From an uncultured Candidatus Saccharibacteria bacterium (GTDB lineage: Bacteria; Patescibacteriota; Minisyncoccia; Phycocordibacterales; WO2-35-19): DNA of 42,143 nucleotides. The number at the start of each line of letters is the position of its first letter. Position 1 is the stretch's first letter. The notes beneath the pieces are model-generated. The model made no database searches. It had not been told where the DNA came from and worked only from the letters and a program-made list of their open reading frames with translations. This document shows, one piece after another, positions 33,929 to 42,143 of this stretch. A program made the position numbers and the translations under genes. The stretch is from positions 1-42,143 of the forward strand of contig CAZFHL010000003.1 in assembly GCA_964519145.1 (NCBI GenBank), given 5' to 3'.

Positions 33929-35410
33929 ATGATAGAAAATATAAAAGTAAAATTAAAATCAAATATAATAGAATTTTTTTTGTTTTTTTCTACCTTGTTT
34001 TTATATTTTTTGGAATTGTTCGTTAGTAATTTAAGATATTCAAACGATGATCAGTTTATATTATATAGATATATAGAAAACATAGCTGTCGGAAATGGTT
34101 TTGTTTATAACATAGGAGAAAGAATTTTAGGTTCAACAACACCACTTTTTACTTTGGTGATGGCATTATTTAAATATATTTTTATTGGTATCAAAACTCC
34201 TGATATAACAGCTTTTGTTAATATAATATTTATATCTATAGCTATTGTATTTTTTTATAAAACAGCAAATCTTTTCTTGAGAAGAAATGTGTCAATTTTG
34301 GCCAGTATATTGTTTATATTGAATATGTCTAAAATTGTTGCTGAGGGAATGGAAAGCTCATTATTTATTTTGCTTAGTTTTTCTTTAATATATTATCTTT
34401 TAAATTATAAATATAAAATATCTGCTGTATTGTTGGGGCTACTTTTACTTACCAGACCAGATGCTTTGATAATAGCTTTATTGACCTGTATTTTTTGGTT
34501 TAAAAAAGAGGGTTTAAAAAACAGTATTAAATTATTTTGTATTACCTCTATAACGATTTTACCTTGGCTCATTTTTGCTACTATTTATTTCGGTTCTTTC
34601 ATACCACAATCAATGATTGCAAAGATGCATACTGGAGATATAGTCAATCAATCATCCATACAGGCATTAAAAGTCCAACTTGCACATATAAGTAGATTAT
34701 ATTGGGGTAAAATTTTTGATCCAAACAATCTAATTTTACAAATTATTTTTAATCTCTTCCCGGTATTAATTTTTATATATTTATCAATAGCTAAAAAAGT
34801 TAGAGATTTTTGGTTTATAGTTTTAATTCCAATTTTATATTTTATTGCATTTAGTTTTTCTAATCCTGTAATGTTTCCTTGGTATTTAAGTCAAATTGAA
34901 CCTTTCTATATACTTGCATCCTTTATTGGTATTCAAATTTTTTTGGATAAATTAAAAAATAATTATTTAAAGATATTTTTTATAATATTACTTATTGCCG
35001 GCCCCGTATATTTTTATACAAATTCTTTGTATTCAGAAAATAGGGGGTCAAAATTGGCTTTATTTGAAATGGGTGAATATATAAGATTAAATAAAAAACA
35101 AAGTGATACGGTTGGAGTAAATAATATAGGAATAATTGGTTTTGTTAGTGGAGCTCATATCATAGATTTTTTTGGTTTGGTAAATAATGATTCTGCTAAT
35201 TTCTATCCTGTTTTGAGTGATTGTAGAGACAAAGATTCTCAATTTGTAATACCTGAAAGTCTGATCATTTATTCTAAACCAGATTGGCTCATTATAAGTG
35301 GAGACAATGAGCTTGTCCCTTGTTTTAGGAACTCTCGCTGGTTTGAAGTCAATTATCTTGAATCTAAAAAAATATCTTCGGGAACTATTTTTAAATTAAT
35401 AAATAAATGA
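33929..35410 (+). CDS. polytopic membrane protein, GT-C-like glycosyltransferase candidate
   Basis: 493 aa with more than 10 TM segments. An acidic first-loop motif RYSNDDQFILYRYIENIAVGNGFVYN follows TM1, as expected for lipid-linked-sugar-dependent GT-C enzymes. Confidence 0.5.
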   Translation: MIENIKVKLKSNIIEFFLFFSTLFLYFLELFVSNLRYSNDDQFILYRYIENIAVGNGFVYNIGERILGSTTPLFTLVMALFKYIFIGIKTPDITAFVNIIFISIAIVFFYKTANLFLRRNVSILASILFILNMSKIVAEGMESSLFILLSFSLIYYLLNYKYKISAVLLGLLLLTRPDALIIALLTCIFWFKKEGLKNSIKLFCITSITILPWLIFATIYFGSFIPQSMIAKMHTGDIVNQSSIQALKVQLAHISRLYWGKIFDPNNLILQIIFNLFPVLIFIYLSIAKKVRDFWFIVLIPILYFIAFSFSNPVMFPWYLSQIEPFYILASFIGIQIFLDKLKNNYLKIFFIILLIAGPVYFYTNSLYSENRGSKLALFEMGEYIRLNKKQSDTVGVNNIGIIGFVSGAHIIDFFGLVNNDSANFYPVLSDCRDKDSQFVIPESLIIYSKPDWLIISGDNELVPCFRNSRWFEVNYLESKKISSGTIFKLINK

Positions 35411-36669
35411 AAAGAGAATATAAAAACTTTTTAGATTTGGATCTTGTCCTTGAAGGTAAGACTATATTTTTAGATGTGGATGGTACTATTGTTTCTGACA
35501 AAAATATTCTTATAGATGAGGTTATTTCAAACAAAATTAAGACTTTAATAAGCAAGAATGATGTTTACATATGTTCAAACGGATCACCCAGAAACGCTTT
35601 TAATATGGCAGAAATCTTTGGTTGTAAAAATATTAAAGTGTTAAAACCATTTACTTTTGGTATTGATAAAGATAAATTTAAAAATGTTGTAGTTATAGGA
35701 GACAAGTTTTTGACAGATGGTTTATTTGCTTATTTTTTAGGAGGGGATTTTATTAAAGTCAATCATATAAAATCTACAAGCGATAAATTTTTAATTAAAT
35801 TTTCATATAAATTTGATGATTTTATTTGGAAATCTATCCCTTTTATAAAATTGGCCAGAATACATCAATGGATTAAAAATTTATTAGTTTTTGCTCCTAT
35901 ATTTTTTGCTGGTTCAATATTAAATGGAGATATATTTATTGATTCTGTTTTTGCTTTTTTTGCTTTTTCTTTTTCTGCAAGTGCTATTTATGTTTTGAAT
36001 GATATAACTGATATGGATCAAGATATTTTGCATATAAATAAAAAACATAGACCTATTGCTTCCGGTTTAGTTCATAAAAAAAGTGCATATAAATATTCAA
36101 TATTTTTATTTTTAATTTCCCTTATTTTTGTTATTTTAGTACCTCAGGTATTTTTTGTTATTATAGCTTATATTTTGTTAAATTTATTATATAGTCATAC
36201 ACTAAAACATACTGCTATTTTTGATATAATACTTATTGCAATATTCTATTTATTGCGCATTGTGGTGGGAGGTTTAGCAACAGGGCTCCATCTTTCAGAA
36301 TGGATCATAATGTGTACCTTTTTTGGCTCTCTTTTTATAATAATAGCTAAAAGAAGGACAGAGTTTAATTTAGAAAATAAAAGGAAGGTTTTAGAAAGTT
36401 ACTCAAAAGAATCTCTCGATGTGATGCTTTCTATGTCAGCTGTGCTCTCAATAATGTCTTATGCTATTTATAGTATTTTAGGACATAATGATAGATACCT
36501 AGTTTATTCAACTTTTTTTGTAACTTTTGTCATATTTAAAATATTTAATCATATATATCAGAATAATAAGGAGTTAGAAACACCAGAGACATTTGTTTTT
36601 AAAGATAAAACTATTTTTTCCATTTTTATTTGCTGGGTTTTGTATATATTTTTAGTATTTTATTTTTAA
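35407..36669 (+). CDS. fusion of a HAD (YqeG-like) phosphatase domain and a UbiA-family polyprenyl-phosphate phosphoribosyltransferase-like domain
   Basis: N-terminal HAD motifs FLDVDGTIV and VIGDKFLTDG. The UbiA part has ARIHQWIKNLLVFAPIFFAG and NDITDMDQDILHINKKHRPIASG (NDxxDxxxD ... RPIASG), resembling decaprenyl-phosphate phosphoribosyltransferase-type enzymes. Confidence 0.7.
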   Translation: MKREYKNFLDLDLVLEGKTIFLDVDGTIVSDKNILIDEVISNKIKTLISKNDVYICSNGSPRNAFNMAEIFGCKNIKVLKPFTFGIDKDKFKNVVVIGDKFLTDGLFAYFLGGDFIKVNHIKSTSDKFLIKFSYKFDDFIWKSIPFIKLARIHQWIKNLLVFAPIFFAGSILNGDIFIDSVFAFFAFSFSASAIYVLNDITDMDQDILHINKKHRPIASGLVHKKSAYKYSIFLFLISLIFVILVPQVFFVIIAYILLNLLYSHTLKHTAIFDIILIAIFYLLRIVVGGLATGLHLSEWIIMCTFFGSLFIIIAKRRTEFNLENKRKVLESYSKESLDVMLSMSAVLSIMSYAIYSILGHNDRYLVYSTFFVTFVIFKIFNHIYQNNKELETPETFVFKDKTIFSIFICWVLYIFLVFYF

Positions 36670-36700
36670 AAACTCTCTATTTTGTATAGAGAGTTTTTTA
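36668..36700. terminator. bidirectional terminator between convergent genes
   Basis: aaactctcta-tttg-tatagagagttt hairpin flanked by A and T runs. Confidence 0.75.
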
Positions 36701-36703
36701 TAA

Positions 36704-37720
36704 TTAAAAATTTATTCTGTTGTATAATTTATTTACCATAATAGAAATTTCTAAAAATAATTTGTTTTTTATCCCAACCCATTTTGGAGGTATATAATCA
36801 AGATTTATGTTTGCTCCTATCATGTTTCCGATAATAGACGCATTTGTATCTGTGTCGCCCCCACTATTAACTGTTTCTAAGATACCGGCTCTAATATCTG
36901 TTGGGTTCCTTATAAACATTCCTATAACAAAAGGTGTTGTTTGTAGGGCACTAAAACCACATCCAAATTTTTGGCTTAGTTCAAAGGGACTCATATTTAA
37001 TCTGATCTCTTGCAATTTTTTAGATAGAAGTACTTTGTGCCTGTCTTTTTCGTGTTCTTTTTCTGTTTCTATAACTTTTTCAATTATATATTGCAGGAAA
37101 TCATAGACATCATTTCCGTTTCTAAAACCATAAGAAAGACTTTGTTTTATAAACATCGCAATAGCTAAAGCCGAAATACTAGCCATTATGTCTAAATGAG
37201 TGATTAAACCGAGCAATATAACATCTCTTTTTAATTGGTCAAAATAATCAGAGTTATCATTTGAAAAATAACTACTTATTGCAAGTGGTGCCACTTTCAT
37301 TGCTACATCGTTACTACAAGTGTTTCTTGGTTTAGGAGAATTATTTGCTCTTTTTTCAATTAAATTTTCAATTGCATTTCTTGTATTCTTGCCCCAACCA
37401 AATGTACTTAATCTGTATTCTTTAATGTGTTCCTTCATACAATCTGCAGGAGAAAAAACACCTCTTGTGTTGATAAGAGACCTCAGTACACAAAGGGTTA
37501 ATTGAGTTTCATCACTTGTTTGTGCATATGAAAGTTTCCTTGGATTATTTATGTTTAAAGATCGCAATATTCTTACATCTGTAAAATCAGAAACACCTAT
37601 TCCATCTGTAATATCAAATATTTCTCGTGTAGACATTTTCTCGAAAGGCAAGCCTATACCGTCCCCTAATACTCCACAAAAAACAGAACTTAAAGCTCTT
37701 GCTACATTGTGTTCGTTCAT
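36704..37720 (-). CDS. ADP-ribosylglycohydrolase family protein
   Basis: GDGIGLPFE near the N-terminus and VNSGGDTDTNASIIGNMIGA near the C-terminus, the family's metal-binding motifs. Confidence 0.8.
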   Translation of the reverse strand: MNEHNVARALSSVFCGVLGDGIGLPFEKMSTREIFDITDGIGVSDFTDVRILRSLNINNPRKLSYAQTSDETQLTLCVLRSLINTRGVFSPADCMKEHIKEYRLSTFGWGKNTRNAIENLIEKRANNSPKPRNTCSNDVAMKVAPLAISSYFSNDNSDYFDQLKRDVILLGLITHLDIMASISALAIAMFIKQSLSYGFRNGNDVYDFLQYIIEKVIETEKEHEKDRHKVLLSKKLQEIRLNMSPFELSQKFGCGFSALQTTPFVIGMFIRNPTDIRAGILETVNSGGDTDTNASIIGNMIGANINLDYIPPKWVGIKNKLFLEISIMVNKLYNRINF

Positions 37721-37813
37721 ATTAACCTCCTTTTAAATATAACCATATCTATTATGTATTAGCAATTATTTAAATTCTTGATATCTTTGGTATTTAGTTT
37801 AATATATTAGTAT

Positions 37814-38848
37814 ATGAAATATTTTATTACAGGAGGATCTGGTTTTTTAGGTATAAATTTGGTTAGATTTTTACTTGATAAAGGTGAGGATGTTGTGGTT
37901 TATGATTTATTACCATTTGATTATAAAGAGAAAGACAAAATATTATCTATTGTTGGAGATATAAGAGATTTTGAGTTTTTAAAAAAGAGTATGGAAGGAG
38001 TGGATTTTGTTGTTCATACTGCAGCGGCCTTACCTTTGTATAAGAAAGAAGATATAATATCAACTGATATAGACGGGACTTTGAATGTTTGCAGAGCTTC
38101 TTATGAAAATAAAGTAAAGAGGTTTATTCATATTTCTTCTACTGCAGTATATGGTATACCAGATCACCATCCATTGGTAGAATCAGATAAATTAGATGGG
38201 GTAGGTGAATATGGTAAAGCAAAAATAAGAGCTGAGGAAATTTGTTCTGATTTTAGAAAAAAAGGAATGATTGTTTCTATTTTAAGACCAAAATCTTTTA
38301 TAGGTCCAGAAAGACTTGGAGTTTTTGCTCTTTTTTATGATTGGGCATCATCTGGAAAAAGTTTTCCAATGATAGGTGATGGAAATAATAGGTATCAACT
38401 TTTAGATGTTTTTGATTTATGTGAAATAATTTATCAAACCACCATTTTAGATAAAGAAAAAGTGAATGATGTTTTTAATATTGGCGCAAGAGAATTTAAA
38501 ACAATGAGAGAAGATTATCAAATTGTTTTAGATAAAGCTGGTTTCGGTAAAAAGATAGTAGGATTGCCTGCAACACCTATTATTTGGATACTTAGATTTT
38601 TAGAATTTTTAAAATTATCGCCTTTATATAAATGGGTTTACGAGACTGCTTCAAAGGACAGTTTTGTTTCAATTGAAAAAGCTGAAAATATTTTAGGTTT
38701 TAAGCCTAGATTTTCAAATCAAGATGCTTTGGTTAGAAATTATAATTGGTATTTAGAAAATAAATATAAATTTGCAGGAGAGAGCGGTATAAACCATAGA
38801 GTTCCTTGGAAACAAGGTGTTTTATCGATTGCCAAATTATTTTTTTAG
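37814..38848 (+). CDS. NAD-dependent epimerase/dehydratase (extended SDR)
   Basis: ITGGSGFLGINL Rossmann motif, SSTAVYG, and the catalytic YGKAK (YxxxK). Confidence 0.8.
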   Translation: MKYFITGGSGFLGINLVRFLLDKGEDVVVYDLLPFDYKEKDKILSIVGDIRDFEFLKKSMEGVDFVVHTAAALPLYKKEDIISTDIDGTLNVCRASYENKVKRFIHISSTAVYGIPDHHPLVESDKLDGVGEYGKAKIRAEEICSDFRKKGMIVSILRPKSFIGPERLGVFALFYDWASSGKSFPMIGDGNNRYQLLDVFDLCEIIYQTTILDKEKVNDVFNIGAREFKTMREDYQIVLDKAGFGKKIVGLPATPIIWILRFLEFLKLSPLYKWVYETASKDSFVSIEKAENILGFKPRFSNQDALVRNYNWYLENKYKFAGESGINHRVPWKQGVLSIAKLFF

Positions 38849-38851
38849 TAT

Positions 38852-40510
38852 ATGAATATATTTTACAAATATAAAGATTATCTACTTTTTTTATTTATTG
38901 TATTGGTATTTCTAACCATAAGATTTATAAATATAGATACACCGTATCATCAAGATGAGTATAAATGGCCTTTATATGCTGAAAAAATAGTCTATAAGCC
39001 TGGTTCAGTTCCACATCCACCTCTTACAGAATTTATTTATCAAAAAACAGGTGATATATTTGGTCTAGACAGTTTTCGTATAACACCTTTAATTTTTAGT
39101 CTTTGTAATTTATTTTTGTTGTTTATTGTATCTAAAAGACGATATGGTAAAAAAAATGCTTTTATAATATCTTCAATATTTGCAATATCTTTTTTTAGCG
39201 TACTTTCATCTTTAATGATAGATACAGATGGTGCGATTTTGCCTTTTTTCTTTTTACTTTCTTTATGGTTTTATGATTCTTTTAAATTAGAAAAAAATAA
39301 GTCTATAAATTTATTTTTAATGATTGTCTCTATAGTTTTGGGTATTTTAGTTAAAATGAGTTTTGTTCTGGTAATAATTGCTATTTTTATAGATTTTATT
39401 TTAGATAAAAAAGAAAATATTGATAAAAAAAGTTTATTAAAATATTTAAGTCTAATATTAGGATTTTCATTTTTCGTTTTGATTCTTTTGTTCGTAGCCC
39501 AATATGTTTTTGATGGGTTTAGTTTAATAAAAGGCTTTAAATATTGGGAGACATTCATGAAAGGTTTTAGTGATAGAAATTTTTTACAAACATCAATTCA
39601 ATTTATAAAAGCAGTCTTTTACTTATCACCATTTCTGTTTTTTGGTTTTCTTATTTCTATTTTTATAAAAGCAAAAGAAGTAAGGATTTTTTATATATTT
39701 ATAATTTCTGGTTTGATATTTTATTTAATACTTTTTGATTTTTCAATAGGGGCATTAGATAGATATTTATCTTTTTTAGTAATACCTTTGTCTGTTATAA
39801 CAGGTCTTTTATTTTCAAAAATAATGTCTGATTATAATAACAAAATAAATAAAAAATATTTGCTTTCTTTTTTCATTGTTATAATTTTTATATTTCTATT
39901 TCAATTTATATATCACTATACACCACCTCTTCATCCCAAAATAGAATGGATAAGCAGGGCATTATCTTTTAAATGGAATTTTCTATATACATTTAGTGGA
40001 GGTTCTGGACCGCTGCCTTTTTATATATCTTTTGGATTTATAGCTTTTTCCTATATATTTGGTACATTGCTTTCCATATCATTCATTTTCTTAAAAGATA
40101 AAAGAAGAGAAATTTTAATTGGACTGATTTTCTTAGGTCTGGTCTATAATTTAACTTTTATAGAAGAATTTACATTTGGTTTTATAAATGGATCATCTAA
40201 AAAAATGGCGAAAGAAGGTATAAATTTTATAAGAGACAATAAGGATATAAAAAATGTTTTGGTCTATAATGATAACGGTGGTTGGGAAATAAGAAGAATG
40301 GGTAAATATACAAGAAGAATATATGCTGTACCAGAATTTGAAAAATCATATAAACAAATTTTTTCTGAATTTCATGGGCATATATTATCCCTAGATATTC
40401 CAAAAGTTTCAGAAAATAATTTTTATAATTTATATTTGAAAAAATGTAAAAATATTTATTCTAATAAAGATAAATATATCTCACTTAATATCTATGAATG
40501 TCTAAAGTGA
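38852..40510 (+). CDS. polytopic membrane glycosyltransferase candidate (GT-C, ArnT/PMT-like)
   Basis: 552 aa, about 12 TM segments, with a first-loop acidic motif IDTPYHQDEYKWP. Confidence 0.5.
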   Translation: MNIFYKYKDYLLFLFIVLVFLTIRFINIDTPYHQDEYKWPLYAEKIVYKPGSVPHPPLTEFIYQKTGDIFGLDSFRITPLIFSLCNLFLLFIVSKRRYGKKNAFIISSIFAISFFSVLSSLMIDTDGAILPFFFLLSLWFYDSFKLEKNKSINLFLMIVSIVLGILVKMSFVLVIIAIFIDFILDKKENIDKKSLLKYLSLILGFSFFVLILLFVAQYVFDGFSLIKGFKYWETFMKGFSDRNFLQTSIQFIKAVFYLSPFLFFGFLISIFIKAKEVRIFYIFIISGLIFYLILFDFSIGALDRYLSFLVIPLSVITGLLFSKIMSDYNNKINKKYLLSFFIVIIFIFLFQFIYHYTPPLHPKIEWISRALSFKWNFLYTFSGGSGPLPFYISFGFIAFSYIFGTLLSISFIFLKDKRREILIGLIFLGLVYNLTFIEEFTFGFINGSSKKMAKEGINFIRDNKDIKNVLVYNDNGGWEIRRMGKYTRRIYAVPEFEKSYKQIFSEFHGHILSLDIPKVSENNFYNLYLKKCKNIYSNKDKYISLNIYECLK

Positions 40511-40518
40511 TTTAAAAT

Positions 40519-41607
40519 ATGGATAATCATATTAAAAAAATAATAGTGATAATAAACAATATGGGTATTGGTGGAGCAGAACATCATGTATTAGATTGGA
40601 TAAATGAGGTTTATAAAAGAGGTATAGATGTTTATTTGATTACTTTAGCGCCTGAACCAAATAATTCATTTTTAGATAGAATAAATCTTTCAAAAGAAAA
40701 ACATTTTATGGTTAGAGTGGCAAAACCGCATCACTTTAAGGATATTTGGAAACTTAGAAATATTATCAAAAATATAAATCCAGATATTTTGATTACTCAT
40801 TCTTGGTATGCAAATACTATAGGAAGAGTTGCTGGATTTTTAGCTAGGGTTTCAAATATTATATCTGTTGAACATAATATAAATATAGAGAAAAGTTGGA
40901 AACAAAAAATGGCTGATTTCATACTTCAATTTGTTTCGAATAAAATTGTAGCAGTTTCTTATACAGTAAAAAAATCACTTGTAAGATATTTTATATTAAA
41001 AAATAAAATTGTTGTTATCTATGTTTCTATTGATCTCAATAAACTTAAAATAACAGCTGACTACGATGTTAGAGAAAAATATGGTTTACCAAAAAACGAG
41101 TTTATATTTTTATTTGCAGGAAGCTTAACTTTTCAAAAAAACGTTTTCAATATTATAAAAGCTTTTCATAAGACAAATAGGGGAATTTTGGTTATTGTTG
41201 GGCTAGGTAGGGATTTAAAAGCTTTAAAAATTTTAGTTGAAGAACTTAATATTCAGAATAAAGTTTTTTTTATTGGAGTTATACATGATTTGCATTTATT
41301 GATGAAGTGTTCAAATGCTTTCATTTTTACTACAAGATGGGAGGGTTTAGGTCTTGTTGTCGCTGAAGCTATACTCTCATCTTTGGCACCTATTATTTCG
41401 AAAAATACAGCTTGTGAAGAAATGGTCTCTCATATGCACAATGGTTTGGTTGTAGAAAATTGTTTAGATATAGATCAAATTGCAAATGCGATGATTAAGA
41501 TTCATGATGATGTTGATTTGAGGAATAAATTGGTATCAAATTGTGGTAAAATTTGTTTTGATATTAGTATAGAAAATAATGTTAATCAATTTTTAAAATT
41601 AAAATGA
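40519..41607 (+). CDS. glycosyltransferase family 4
   Basis: MGIGGAEHHVLDW near the N-terminus and the C-terminal block TTRWEGLGLVVAEAILSSLAPIISKNTACEEMV. Confidence 0.7.
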   Translation: MDNHIKKIIVIINNMGIGGAEHHVLDWINEVYKRGIDVYLITLAPEPNNSFLDRINLSKEKHFMVRVAKPHHFKDIWKLRNIIKNINPDILITHSWYANTIGRVAGFLARVSNIISVEHNINIEKSWKQKMADFILQFVSNKIVAVSYTVKKSLVRYFILKNKIVVIYVSIDLNKLKITADYDVREKYGLPKNEFIFLFAGSLTFQKNVFNIIKAFHKTNRGILVIVGLGRDLKALKILVEELNIQNKVFFIGVIHDLHLLMKCSNAFIFTTRWEGLGLVVAEAILSSLAPIISKNTACEEMVSHMHNGLVVENCLDIDQIANAMIKIHDDVDLRNKLVSNCGKICFDISIENNVNQFLKLK

Positions 41608-42143
41608 AACCAGTTTGTTATATTTGTAAATCATCCTCTTATTTTTTAATGAACAAAGATGATTTTGATTTGTATGAATGTAGTGAGTGTAAATTAGTTT
41701 TTGTTTATCCGCAACCAGAATATAATACATTATCAAATTCGCTCTATTCCTATGAATCAGGATACCAATCTAATAGAGCAAATGAAGATTTAAGTAAAAA
41801 TAAAGAACTAGAGAGGATGAATTTTGTTTTAGACTTTTTTCAAAGTATAAAAAAAGATGGAAAAATGCTTGATGTTGGGTGTGGTAATGGTCAGACTTTA
41901 TTTTGGGCAAAAAAAAGAGGTTTGATGCCTTTTGGGGTAGAGGTGAATAAAAGAACTGCTGATAGTGCTATTTCAAATGGTCTTAATGTTTTTAATGGGT
42001 TTTTGAAAGATGCTCCATATCAAGATAATACTTTTGATTTTATATTTTTAGGTGAGATAATTGAACATCTAGATGAGCCTAGAAAATTTCTTGAAAAATC
42101 TAGGTATTTACTAAAAGAAAATGGTCTTGTTCCAATAACTACC
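41604..42143 (+). CDS. class I SAM-dependent methyltransferase with an N-terminal Cys4 zinc-ribbon-like motif (partial, runs off the right edge)
   Basis: The ATG overlaps the preceding stop (ATGA at 41604-41607). CYIC...CSEC, then SAM motif I MLDVGCGNG and FDFIFLGEIIEHL. The frame is open to the window end. Confidence 0.7.
   Translation, partial: MKPVCYICKSSSYFLMNKDDFDLYECSECKLVFVYPQPEYNTLSNSLYSYESGYQSNRANEDLSKNKELERMNFVLDFFQSIKKDGKMLDVGCGNGQTLFWAKKRGLMPFGVEVNKRTADSAISNGLNVFNGFLKDAPYQDNTFDFIFLGEIIEHLDEPRKFLEKSRYLLKENGLVPITT

Overview
AT-rich, gene-dense bacterial window that looks like a Patescibacteria/CPR-type genome (inference only). All RNA-feature coordinates come from hand alignment and may be off by a few nt. 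No database search was possible.

Content, left to right:
- 3' end of rplL, then a wHTH-like ORF.
- A G+C-rich orphan gene with its own consensus promoter and terminator (1116-1700).
- A TM-repeat membrane protein.
- A 6.2-kb 23S rRNA gene (about 3152-9326), roughly half of it inserted material, followed by 5S rRNA. No 16S lies in the ~0.5 kb upstream.
- vWA protein, FtsW/RodA, GT4, folB-folK, TrmB-like regulator, priming sugar transferase, secD-secF.
- A 6.6-kb accessory segment bracketed by two inverted copies of a 127-nt palindromic element. It holds a second G+C-rich orphan gene (21239-22630) and a TraD/VirD4-like ATPase.
- A ~15-kb surface-glycan cluster: GT4/GT2/GT-C-like enzymes, two SDR epimerases, a HAD-UbiA fusion, an ADP-ribosylglycohydrolase and a methyltransferase.

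Most unusual items, all read directly from the sequence:
1. Three tRNA genes sit inside a helix-45 intervening sequence of the 23S gene.
2. Four group I introns interrupt the 23S gene at E. coli-equivalent sites 1931, 1951, ~2262 and 2593. One carries a LAGLIDADG ORF.
3. Two of those introns carry nested, inverted-repeat-bounded mini-cassettes. Each encodes, antisense to the rRNA, a complete promoter-RBS-small hydrophobic peptide-terminator unit (type I toxin-like layout). The peptides are under 60 aa, so the ORF track does not call them at these starts.
4. A family of ~130-nt two-stem palindromic elements shares identical geometry and shows compensatory stem changes.
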